Positions 1 to 12,000 of a DNA stretch of 64,000 nucleotides are shown here, in pieces. The stretch's first letter is position 1. The number at the start of each line of letters is the position of its first letter. Position numbers and translations under genes: made by a program. The stretch lies in contig CBDUPA010000003.1 in the NCBI GenBank assembly GCA_965368975.1, positions 128,001 through 192,000 on the forward strand, in the 5' to 3' direction. Under the pieces are notes generated by a model, which saw only the letters and a list, made by a program, of their open reading frames with translations, had not been told where the DNA came from and searched no databases. This DNA is from an uncultured bacterium. GTDB taxonomy: Bacteria; Acidobacteriota; Thermoanaerobaculia; Multivoradales; JAHZIX01.

Positions 1-1
1 G

Positions 2-3000
2 CGGTCGCTGGAGTCTACTGCGGTGCAACTGGCGGGGGGGCACCTGCGCGGGGCTTCCAGCGGTGCGCGGCTACGCGACCTCGAGGTGCTGGCACCCGCT
101 GCTCGCCATCAGCTGCTGCACGAGTGGCGCAGACCCCCGGGCTCATCGGCTTCGACGCCCGAACTCTTGGGCGCTGCCTTCCTGGCCCAGGCAGCGCGCC
201 GGCCCGAGGCGGTGGCGGTGCAGTGGCATCGTGGCTGCCTGAGCTATCGAGAACTGGCACGCCGGGCAGATGCCTTCGCGGCTCGGTTGCGGCGTGACGG
301 TGCCGCCTCGGTCGCGGGTCGCGAGCGGGAGGCGCCGGTGGCGGTCTGCCTGGACCGTGGCCCGGCCCAGCTCGTCGCGCTCCTCGGTGTCGTGCTGGCG
401 GGTGTGCCCTACTTGCCGCTGTCGGTCGATGGGCCGCGGCGGCGGCTGGAAGCTGTTCTGCGGCAGACGGGGTGCCGCCACGTCTGTGGCACGCCCGAGA
501 TCTTCGACGACATTGTCAGAGGATTGGACCTTTCCAGACGACGGGATGATCGAGCGGGGCAAGCCTCGCTGTGGCACTACGATGCCGCGACCGTGCAGCA
601 GGTCGAGGCGTCCTGGTCCAGCGCGCCGAAGCCGCCACGGGCCCAGCCGCTGCAAGCGGTATACATCCTCCATACCTCGGGCTCCACCGGTACGCCCCGG
701 GGTGTGGTGGTGTCGCAGCTGGCCTTGGCGGGACAGCTGGCGTGGTTGCGCCGTCGACTTGACTTCGGCCCCAGCGACGCGCTGCTGCACAAGACCGCCG
801 TTACCTTCGACGCCGCCGGTTGGGAGTTGTGGTTGCCGCTGATCAGTGGTGGCCGGTTATTGCTCGCACCCGGCGGCGACGAGTTTGACCCCGGGCGTCT
901 GTGGCGACGACTGCAGACATGGCGCGCGACGGTGCTCCAGCTGGTCCCTTCGCAGCTGGGCGCACTGCTGGCGAGGCCGCTTCCTGCCGGGCTCTCGATC
1001 GCGGGCGGCGGTTCGCTGCGCTGGCTGGCGTGCGGCGGAGAAGTGCTGCCGCCGACGTTGGCACGAGCCTGGTACGAGCGTTGCCCAAGAACGCGGCTGC
1101 TCAACCTCTACGGTCCGACCGAGGCGACGATCAATGCCAGCTCCGAGCTCGTAGCGGCGGTGGATCTGCGGCGAGAGGCTTCCGGGCGAGAGGCCGCCGC
1201 GCGAGTGGCACTTGGGCGGTCGTGCGATGGTGTCGAGACGCTGGTGGTGCAGGCGGATGGCGACCTGGCCGTGCCAGGGCAAGCTGGTGAGCTTGCGCTC
1301 GCGGGCGCCGGACTGGCGCGTGGCTATCAGGGCTGTCCGGCGGCGACGGCGGAGGCCTTCCGTCCGCATCCGTGGTCCCGGCGCCCGGGGGGCAGGCTGT
1401 ACTTCACCGGTGACCGCGTGCGCTTCCTGTCTGACGGCCGACTGGACTTCTTGGGACGCCTGGACGATCAGCTCAAGCTGCGGGGTGTGCGCATCGAGCC
1501 GGGCGAGATCGAAGCCGTGCTGTTGCGCCACCCACGGTTGCAGGCTGCTGTCGTCGGCGTGGTAGGGGAGGGCGACCGCCGAAGCCTGACTGCCTGGGTT
1601 GTTGGCCACAGCGACGCGGCGTCCGAGGAATCCGCGGCGGCGATCGACGAGGACCTGTCCGCGAAAGGCTTGCGGCGCTTCGTTGCGCGCACCCTGCCGG
1701 TGTCCTCGGTGCCGTCGCAGGTGCACGTGCTGCCACACTTGCCGCTGACGTTGCACGGCAAGGTCGATCGGCGACGTCTGCAGGCCCAGGCAAGCGCCAG
1801 TATGCCCCGGCCGGGCGTCAAAAACCGGCTGGGCGTCCTGGAGCGCGACCGTGAGCCGCGACACACGCCGCTCGAAGCCGACTTGGTGCGCTGGGTCACC
1901 TCGATGGTGCCCGGATTGCAGGCGGGCGATGTCGGGGTCGACACGGATCTGTTGCAACTCGGCCTCGACTCGCTGCGTGGCCTGGAGCTGCTGGCACAGT
2001 TCGAGCAGCGTAGTGGCCTGCACCTGCGCCTGCGCGACCTGTTCGAGACGCCGACGATCGCGGGTCTGGCGGCGCGGGCCGAGGTCAGCAGGTTGTCAGG
2101 CTTGAAGACGGCTGCTGAGGCGATCGGTCAGTCCCGGTCGGCCCCCGCTCAGACGCGCGCGACGTTTGCCCAGGAGCGGCTGTGGGTCGAAGAGAAGCGG
2201 CGGGCGCCAGGCCGTGGAATCTCGGGCTATCACCTGGCCCTGGCCTGGGATCTGGCTGCGCCTCCCGCGCGCCTGCGCGCCCTCCGCTGCCAGCTACCCG
2301 AGGCGCTGTGTGCCTTGGCTCGGCGCCATCCGCTGCTGCGGGTCGATCTCGTCGAGGAAATGGGGGAACTGCGGCTGCGGATGCAGGACACCGGCGGTCT
2401 CGAGAGGTACTGTCCCGAGACGCTCCGGCACCTGGATCTGACGGGTCTGGCTCCTACGGTCCGGTCGCTGCATCTGCGGCGCTTGCATGCGGCTGCGTTG
2501 GGCCGTCCGCTGCTCCCTGAGCTGGCGCGTTCCTGCTGGCTGCAGCTAGCGCCCGACCATGCTCAGCTGATCTTGGTCTGGCATCACTTGATCGTCGACG
2601 GTGCCTCTCTGGGTTGGTTGGCGCAAGACCTGAGTTCAGCACTGTGCCGGCACGGAGAAGAGTCGCAGACCGGGGACGAGGCGCAGGCTGCCGCGCTCGA
2701 CTCGGCCCTGCCGTACCTTCGCTTCGCACGCGACCAGCGGCAGTGGGCCGAAGGTGTTGAGGCACAGCGAGCCAGCGTCTACTGGCGAAGGCGTCTGCGC
2801 GGCTACCGCCCGTGGACCTTGCTACCGCTCAGCAGCGAGCTGGCGAAGGTCGAGCTGCCATCAGCGGCACGGACCGCACGCATCGAATTGCCGGCGGCGC
2901 TGGTCGCCGAGCTGCAGCAGCGGGGAGCGACCGCGGGGGCGACGCTCAACATGGTTCTGCTGGCTGCCCTCTTCGCCCTGTTGGCGCGGCACGGTCGACG

Positions 3001-6000
3001 AGACTTGCTGATCGGCGTGCCGGTCAACGAGCGGCGCACGCCGGAAGTCCAGCGTTGCACGGGCCTGTTCGTCAACCTGCTGCCGCTGCGGCTGCGCTGG
3101 CAGGAGGAGGACGACTGGCCCAGCTTGCTCGAGCGGGTCCGTCGAGCGCTGCTCAGGGATCTGGAGCGTGCAGCACTGCCTTTTGAGCAGATCGTCGACG
3201 TCGCGGGCTGGACGAGGGCCGGTTGGTCCCGGACGGGCGTCGGCGTTTTGCCGGCACTCCTGGGGCTGGGCGATCAGACGCCCGCGTTGCCACTCGGTGG
3301 CATCGGGACCGCGCCGCTCGACCTGCCGGTACCGGTCGCGGTTCAGGACCTGGAGTTCCAGCTGCGACGCACGGCGACGGGGGGTATCGAGGGCGTTCTG
3401 GTCCGTCCGGCCGTGGTTGCCCACGAGGCCGTCGAGGCCATGGCGGCCGAGTACCGCCAGTTGCTCGAGCATCTGGCCGCGACGCCGGAGGCTCGTGTTC
3501 CGCTGGCCCTCACTTCGCTGGCTGACCGGCGACTGGAAGTTGCGTTCTCTCTCCCGAGTGCCGCGGCTCCGACCGAGGCCAGTCCGACGATCTCCTGGAC
3601 GCCCCCGCGATCTCCCGAAGAGGCTGTGCTGGCCGAGGTCTGGGCCGACCTGCTCGATGGGCAGCGCCAGCGAGGCCACGGTCCCGGTGTCCACGAGGAT
3701 CTCTTCGCCCTGGGGGCGCACTCTCTGCTTCTCCTGCGTGCGGCCCATCGTCTGCGCGGGCTGTGGAAGCGTGACGTGTCGCTGGCCTGGCTGTTCGAGC
3801 ATCCTACAATCGCCCAGCAGGCCGCGGCCCTGGCGGCGCCGGGAGCACTGGCACGGCCCCCTTCGGGGCAGGATCTCCGGGGCACTGAAGCCGGGCGGAA
3901 GCGGCGCGACGGACCCGTGAAGTTGGTGGCGCCGGTTTCCTTTGCCCAGCGTCGCCTGATCCGCACCGAGCGCTGGTCGCCGGGATCGGTGGCCTACAAC
4001 CTGGCTGTCGCTTGGCAGGTCGAGGGTTCGCTGCAGCTACGCGCTCTCGAGCGTGCCGGGCAATCGCTGGTGCGGCGTCACGAGAGCCTGCGCACCCGCT
4101 TTGGCCGTTCCGACCACGCGCTACGCCAGGTTGTACTCGCCGCCTCGCCGGTGACGCTGCGCCGCATCGATGTGCGCGGCTTGCCGGTAGCTGTCGCCCG
4201 AGAGCTGGGTGTCGAGTTGCTGCGTCGCGCTGCGCTGCAGCCGTTCGACCCTCTGCACCGTGCCCAGATGCTGCGACTGCTGGTGGTGCTACAGCCCGAG
4301 GACACCAGCGCCCGAGCCCACCAGCAAGTGTTGTTGGCCAGTCACCACCTGGCCGTCGACGGCTGGTCGCTGGGCTTGCTGGCCCGCGACGTGGGACGCT
4401 TCTACCGCGAGCAGCTGTCGTCACCGTCGATGCCGTCCAGGGTGCCGGCCCCGGCATTGCAGCCCGCGGACGCCGCGATCGCTGAGCGTCGCTGGCTGCG
4501 CGGGAGCCGACGTCGACGCTGGTTGCGTGCCGGGCTCGCGCAGCTGGAGAACCTCGAGCCGATCGAGCTGCCTGCCGATCGTCCTGCGGCTCGCCTGGTC
4601 CACCGGCTGGAGGGTAGGGGCGGTGTGGAAGCGGCGGAAGCCGAGGCCGGCGGGAGTGTCGCCGTGCACCTGGAAGCGACGCTCTCGGCCAGTGTGCGAG
4701 AACTGGCGGCGACAGCCGGTGCCACGCCCTTCATGGTGCTGCTCAGCGCCGCAGCGGCGGTGCTGGCGCGGCGCCGCGATGCGGTGCGTGGCGGTCGAGA
4801 CGTTGTCTTCGGTGCGCCGGAAGCCGGCCGGTCCGGAGGCTATCTCGAGACCGGCATGCTCGACGACGTGGTCGGCAACTTCGTCAACCCGCTGGTGCTG
4901 CGCGTGTCGATGGCACAGCCAGGGGCGGTGACCTTGCAGGGCTTGGTACAGCAGGTGAGGGACGTTTGCCTGCGCGCTTTCGAACTGCGCGCACTGCCGT
5001 TCGACCTCCTGCAGCGCGCCTGGCGTCGACGGCAGCAAGCGTCACGCACCTCCCTGTTCCAGGCGTCCTTCGCGCTGCACGACCTACCACCGGCCGTGCC
5101 CGACTTCGGGCAAGCAACGGTCACCGAGATCGAGCTGCCGTGTCTGCCCGTGCATTTCGACCTTGCCTGGCACTGGTGGTGGCAAGGTGAGACTCTGGCC
5201 GGGCAGCTGGCGTTTCGGCGCTCGTTGTTCGATACCACCAGCGTTCAGCACCTCGGACAGCAGCTGCGCTCGTTGCTGCAAGCCGCGACGTCCGATCCCC
5301 GGCGTCCGCTCGCTGCCGTGCCCTTGTGCACGGCCTCCCAGCGACAGCAGCTGCTGCGCGAGTGGCCACGCGCCGCAGCCCCGGCAGTGCCGCGCTTCGG
5401 CCCTGACGCCTTTGCCGCCTTCGAAGCCCAGGCACGGCGGACTCCGGACGCGGTGGCGATCACGCGAGATGGTGTGCACCACGGTGGTGCTTGGCTGAGC
5501 TTCGGTGCGTTGTACCGCCGGGCTCTAGGCCTTGGTCAGCTGATCGGCAGCAAGGAGCTGGGCACCGAGGGCGTGGTGGCACTGGAGGTTTCCGCAGGGT
5601 TGGAGCAAGTCATCGCCCTGCTGGCGACCCTGGCCGTGGGGGCGGCCTACCTGCCGCTCGATCCACGACAACCTCGAGCACGGCGGGACGAACTGTGCCG
5701 GGATGCCGGTGTTGGAGCTCAAGCCGGTGCTCGAGCCGTCGTCACGCGCACCGACATCCTGGCCGCCACCAGCTCCGGAGGACGGTCTGCCGCGCGACTG
5801 GTTGGTCGAGACGCACGCGCCGCCTACGTGCTCTATACCGCAGGTTCCGGTGGACGTCCCAAGGGCGTGCTCGTCGAGCATCGCCAGCTCTTGGCCTACG
5901 TACAGGCCTTCTCCGAGCGGCTCGCCGGCGGCGCACCGCGTTTCAGTTGCGCGCTGGTTCAGCCCTGGACCGTCGACTCGACGGTCAGCACGATCTTCCC

Positions 6001-9000
6001 ACCCCTGCTGCTGGGCGGACGCCTGTGCCTGCCGGCACGCGGTGCCACGCTGGAGCCCCGGCGTCTGGCTTCCTTCCTGGCGCGTCAGAGCGTGGATCTG
6101 TTGAAGATCGCACCGTCCCACCTGGCGGCGCTGGCCGAGACCGTGGGTGTGACGGCCTTGTTGCCCCAGCGTTGGTTGGTGGTGGGTGGAGAGACTTTCC
6201 CCGTTACCCTGGCGCGAGAGCTGGTAAGCGCGGCACCCCCGTCGCTCCAGATCTTCAATCACTACGGTCCGACCGAGACGACGGTCGGTAGCCTGATGCA
6301 TCGGCTGCCGGACGCGGTTGGGCACAACGCCTGGCCCCACGGCGTGCCGATCGGGCGCGCTCTCCCGGGTGAGCGGGCTTATGTTGTCGATCAGCGCGGG
6401 GATCCGGTACCTGTGAATGACGTCGGCGAACTCTGGCTCGGCGGTGGCGGCGTGGCGCGCGGTTATCTCGGGAAGCCAGCGGCGACGGCCTTGGCGTTCG
6501 TACCGGATCCCTGGCGGCAGGGCGCCCGTTGCTACCGCACGGGGGATCTGGTGCGCTGCCTGACCAGCGGTGAGCTGTGCTTCGTCGGCCGCCGCGATCT
6601 GCAGCTCAAGGTCCGCGGTTTTCGCGTCGAACCGGCGGAGATCGAGGCTGCCTTGCTGCGCCTGCCGGCAGTGCGCGAAGCGGTGGTCGGCAGTACCGAA
6701 GGGGTGGCGGGGGCCCGGCTGGTGGCGTTCGTGGCCGTGCGCCGTGACCAGCAGGTGAGCGCGACAGATGTGCTCGACGCACTGCGTGAGCTGCTGCCGG
6801 CTCACATGGTACCGGCGCATTGCCAGATTCTGGAGCAGCTCCCGCGCACGCCGCACGGCAAGCTCGACCGGTCTGCCTTGCTGAGCCGTGTGTTACCGGA
6901 GTTGGTCGAGTCTCAGCAAGGAACACCAGGCGCTCTCGATGGGCGTGGTGCTTCCGTCGATGATCGCACTGCTGCCGGCTCGGGCAGCACGATCCAGAAC
7001 CTCTTGGCCAGGATCTGGGCCGACGTGCTCGGTGTCACGACGGTCGACCCGCACGACGATTTCTTTCGCCTGGGCGGCGACTCGATCACGGCCCTGCGCG
7101 TGCTGGCGCGCGCCCACCGGCAGGGACTGGAGCTGAGCGTGCGTCAGCTGTTCGAGCGTCCGACCGTCGCCTCCTTGGCCGAGGTGGTGCGTCCCCTGGA
7201 CGGCCGGAGCGACGCCGCCGAGCCGCTTCGGCGAGCGTCGGGCCCCGTACCCCTGACCCCGCTGCAACAGGCGTTGCTCCGAGCCGCGCACGTGGACGTG
7301 CGCGCCGTCGATCAGGCCATGGTGGTGACGTTGTCGCGGATGGTCGCGGTCGGTCGCGTCGAGACGGCGCTGGCGGCGCTGGTGGCTCACCACGACGCGC
7401 TACGGTTGCGTTTCCGGCGCTTACGCGGACGTTGGTGGCAAGCGATGTCGCCGGCGTCTCGGGTGACCGTGGCGATGAGCCCCAGGGTCGAGGTCGTAGA
7501 CCTGGAGCGCTTGACGGCGGTCGACGTGCTGGCGGAAGAGCGCCGGCTGCAGGCGGCTCGTGGCCGTCGGCGCTACGATCTCCGGCACGGTCCGCTGCTG
7601 CACGCTGTCTACGTCCGGCGCGGTGCCTGGGCGCCGTGTCTGCTGCTGGCGGTGCACCATCTGGCGATCGACGCGCTTTCCTGGCCCCCCCTGCTCGACG
7701 ATCTGGAAACCTTGCTGTCCGGACACGCCCCGCCACCGGCTCCCTCATTTGCCCTCTGGGCACGCCGTCGGGCTGCTTGGTGTCGCTCGACCGAGGCGCG
7801 TGGCCAGCTGGGCCACTGGCAGCGTGCCGGTCGGCCACCAGCGATGGATGCCCAGGTGTGCCGGCAGTTGCGAGCTGGGAGGTCGTCGTGCCGGACCACT
7901 GGATGTCTCAGCTTCGAATCCCAGCTCGATGGCGCCACGACGCGCGCCCTGGTCCAGGGCCTGAGCGTCGCTACGGGCGCGGGTCCGCTCGCCGCGTTGG
8001 TGGTGGCGTGGGCACGGGCACTCGATGTGCGTGAAGCGTGGTTGGAGCTGGAGAGCCACGGTCGTCAAGGTATAGGCCCGCGGGCGGAACGCCTGGTGGG
8101 CTGGTGCGCTGCCGCCTATCCCTTCCGCTTCCGCCTGCCTCAGGCAGATCCGGTTGGTGGTAGACGGCCGAAGGCGGTCGACGCCGACCGTCGGGCCCTG
8201 GAAGCCGCCAGGGTCCAGCTGCGCGCGGTACCCGACGCTGGCGCTGGCTACACCGGCGCGCGCGGGGTCTCGCAGCGCCGCTGGCGGGGACCGTTCGTGC
8301 GCATCAACTACCTCGGTGACGCGGCTCTGGCGGCGCCGACGGCCGGGGCTGACGGTGTCTTCCTAGCTCGGCGTTCGGCCGTCGCCTCGGATCGCGGGTG
8401 GGCTGGACCGCCCTTGCGCCTGGACGCCGGGGTCGAGGACGGGTGCCTGTGCTTGCGCTGGAGTTTGCGTCCAGGCACCCTGGACACGACGGCGGTACGG
8501 GCGCTCACCGAAACCTTCCAGCGGCAGCTGCGGCGCTTGGCCCGCCTTGCCGGTGTCGGCGACGACGTGGCAGATGCCTACCCACTGACCGCCCCGCAGC
8601 AAGGGATTCTGGCTGGCTGCCTGGCGCGCCCGGAGTCGTCGGCCTACTTTGTGCAGCAGTGGTGGAGCCTGGATGCCGCGGTGGCCCGGGCTCCCCGGCA
8701 GGCGGTACTGCGGGCAGCCTGGCTACGTGTGATCGCCCGCCATCCGGCGTTGCGCACCAGCTTTCGCGTCGACGCCGAGCCCGAGCAGCGGGTGCATCGG
8801 GATGTCCAGGTGCCGTGGCGCGAGATCGACCTGCGTAGGCTGGGCGGCGAGGCTCGCCGCGCCGCCTGGCAGCACGTGCTCGAGCGCGACCGGCGGCGGG
8901 GTTTCGACCCTGGGCAGCCGCCGCTACTGCGCTTCGCCCTGGTTCACGGACGCGCGGCTGCACGCTTGTTGTGGAGTCGGCACCACCTCGTGCTCGATGG

Positions 9001-12000
9001 CTGGTCGGTCCCGATCCTGCTGGCCGAGGTGCGAGCGCTGATGGCAGCCGCTGGGCACCTCGGAGTGTCGATGGAGCCGTGGCGGCTGGAGCAACTACCA
9101 GCCCAGGAGTGGGACGCGGCGGCTGGCTTGAGGCTGGCGCCGAGGTTCCGGCAGCACGTGCTGGAACAGCTTCGACGCGGTACCGACATCAACTTCTGGC
9201 GGCGCTGGCTGCGCGGCGTCCGGCGCTCGACGCCCGTGCCTCTGGACGTGCCGGTGACCCCAGGAGACCCGCACCCAGCAGACTCGCACACGAGGAGCCA
9301 ACGCCTGGGAAGCCAACGTCAGCGCCAGCAGAGCCTGCGCATGACGCCAGCCTGGAGCGAGCGCCTCGACGCCTTTAGTCGCCAGCGTCGCCTCACCTTC
9401 GCGACCCTGGTGCAGGCCGCTTGGGCCTTGCTATTGGCGCGCTGCAGCGCTACGGCCGATGTCGTTTTCGGCGTCACCCTGGCGGGGCGCTCTGCGCAGA
9501 CTCCAGCGGCCGAGTCGGTGGTCGGTCTGTGCCTGAACGCCCTGCCCTTGCGCCTGCGCGTCCCGGCGACGCGGGCCACCGGACCCTGGCTGGTGTATGT
9601 GCAGCAGCGGGCGACACGTTTGGCGGCCGAGGCGTCGGCGTCGCCGGCCGAGATCCTGCGCAGGGCGGTCCCGCGCGGATCCCTGGCGTCCCTGTTTGAG
9701 ACGCTGGTCGTGGTCGAGAATTATCCGCTCAGCACGGACGTCCCCTCGCCGCAGGTGGCTTCGGACGTCCGGTACGTTCCTTCTTTCGCCCACGGAGGTG
9801 GCTTCAGCCAAACCGAGCACGCCTTGGTGCTGGTAGCGATTCCGCCAGCGGCGGAGAATTGCGGGATCGAGCTGGCCGTACGGTACGACCCCAGGCGTCT
9901 CGACGCTGCGGCAGCCCGCTCGTTGCTGCACCAGACGGCTCGGCTGCTGCGTCAGTTCGCACGTCGACGACCATCGGTGCCGCTGCACCAGCTGGGGAGC
10001 CCTGCCGTGCCAGCCGCACTGCTGGGATCGCTCGAAGAAGCACACGACTTGGCGGACTGGGCGGGGCCGCCGGCTGTGTGGCTGGCCGAGCAGGTGCGGC
10101 GGACACCGGAGCGGTTGGCGGTACGAGACGGACGGCAGGCGTTGAGTTTCCGCCAGTTGTGGCAGATTACCGGCGTGCTGAGCCGCGACCTACAGCGTGC
10201 CGGTGCCGGGCCGGGGCGACTCGTCGTGGTGAGTGGCGCCCGTCGCGGTAGCTTGGTGCCAGCCTTGCTGGCAGTGGCGCGGAGTGGTGCCGCCTGGTGG
10301 GTGCTCGATCCGGAATTCCCATCCGCGGCGCGCTGTGAGCAGCTGCGTCTTCTCCTTGCGGCTCAGACGGCGCCGCGGCCGGTGGCATGGCTGTGTCTAC
10401 CGGACCAAGCTGAGGCCTCGCCGGTGCTCGAGCCAGAGGTGCGGACCTGGCTCGAGCGGCTCGCCGGTCCCTTCGAGGTCCCTTGGCCGAAGTCTCGGGA
10501 GGCCGTTGCGCCGCGGGAAGAACCTGCCGAGAAGATGGGGCCCACGCCCACCGCCGGGCCAGACGATGCCGCCTATCTCGTCTTCACCTCCGGTACCGGT
10601 GGCATGCCGCGGGCGGTCGTGGCGCCGCAACGGGCGGCGGCACACTTCCTACGCTGGGTACGTCACCAGTGGCCTGGGGAGCGGCCGGGGGAAGGTGAGC
10701 GCAGCGCCCTGCTCGCCGGTCTCGGGCACGATCCGCTGCTCCGTGACGTGTGGGCCCCGCTAGTGCGGGGCGGTACGGTACACGTGCCGCCAGCGGGATC
10801 CTGGCGCGACGGTCAGCGCTTGGGGCGCTGGCTGGCTCGTGAGGCCATCCAGCAGGTCCACGTGACGCCGGGACTGGCCCGTCTGTTGGTCGAGGCACCA
10901 GCCTCGATCCGCTGGCCGCACCTGCGGCGCGTCATCTTCGCCGGCGGGGCCGTGGAGCCAGCGCTGGTCGAGGCCTTGCGACAGCGGTCTTGTCAGCACT
11001 TGAGTCGGGATCGGGGCGAGCGCTGCGCAGGTTTCACCTGGATTTCGACCTACGGTACCAGCGAGACACCGCAGATCGCCGCCTGGTCGCTGGCCGCTGC
11101 GGACCGTGCCGCGGTGCTCGGCCTGGTCGGCATCTCGGGCTTCCAGCTGCTGGTAGTGCGTCTCGGTGGCCGGCGGCTGGAGATCGCCGCGGTGGGGGAG
11201 GTCGGTGAGATTCACGTGCGATCGCGCTACCTGGCAACCGGCTATATCGAGGCCAGCTCCGGGACGGGACAGCCCGGTGCGGGGCAAGCGGGCTTCCGAC
11301 GCTTTCCCGGCTCGAGCGACCCTCTCGACCGCCTGTTCGCCACCGGCGATCTGGGGCGCTTCCTGCCCGCAGAGGCGGCCGCGAGTTCACCGGCTGCAGT
11401 GCAGGTGCTGGGGCGCCGGGATCGTCAGCTCAAGGTGCGTGGTGTGCGCGTGGCACCGGAGGACGTTGAGGCGCGGCTGCGTGCATGCCAGCATTCCTGC
11501 GCCACGAGCGTGGCGGATGCGGCCGTGGTACCGGTTGTGGGCTCGGTGCGGCAGGTCCAGATGGCCGCGGCGGTGACGGTTCGCGGGGCGGCCGTCTTGT
11601 CGCCTGGAGCGGTCCGCCAGCTGGAGATGGAGTTGTACCAGCAGCTGCAACGTGTGCTGCCCGCGGCGCTGGTGCCGTCACCGATTCGCGTCCTACCGCG
11701 CCTGCCGTTGACGGCGAGCGGCAAGACAGACCTGCGCCGGGTGCGGTGTCTGTTGGCGGAGGCCCGGCGGCGGGTCGACTCCCTCCCCTCGGGGCCGGCC
11801 AAGGCCGATGTCGCGCGCGGTGCCCGGACGTCGCTGGAAGCGCTGGTCGCCGAAGTCTGGGAGGACGTGTTGCAGCACCCGGGTCTGGCCTTCGACCAGG
11901 ATTTCTTCGCCCTCGGCGGCGACTCGTTGCTGGCTGTGCGGGTCGCTTCGCGACTGCGCCAGCTACTCGAGCGACCCGTCCCCGTGCGCTGGTTGTTCGA

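Noticed and set aside
34-40. G7 runs in the NRPS (34-40 and 16143-16149)
   Set aside because: Short, in frame and encoding Gly-Gly; no sign of slippage.
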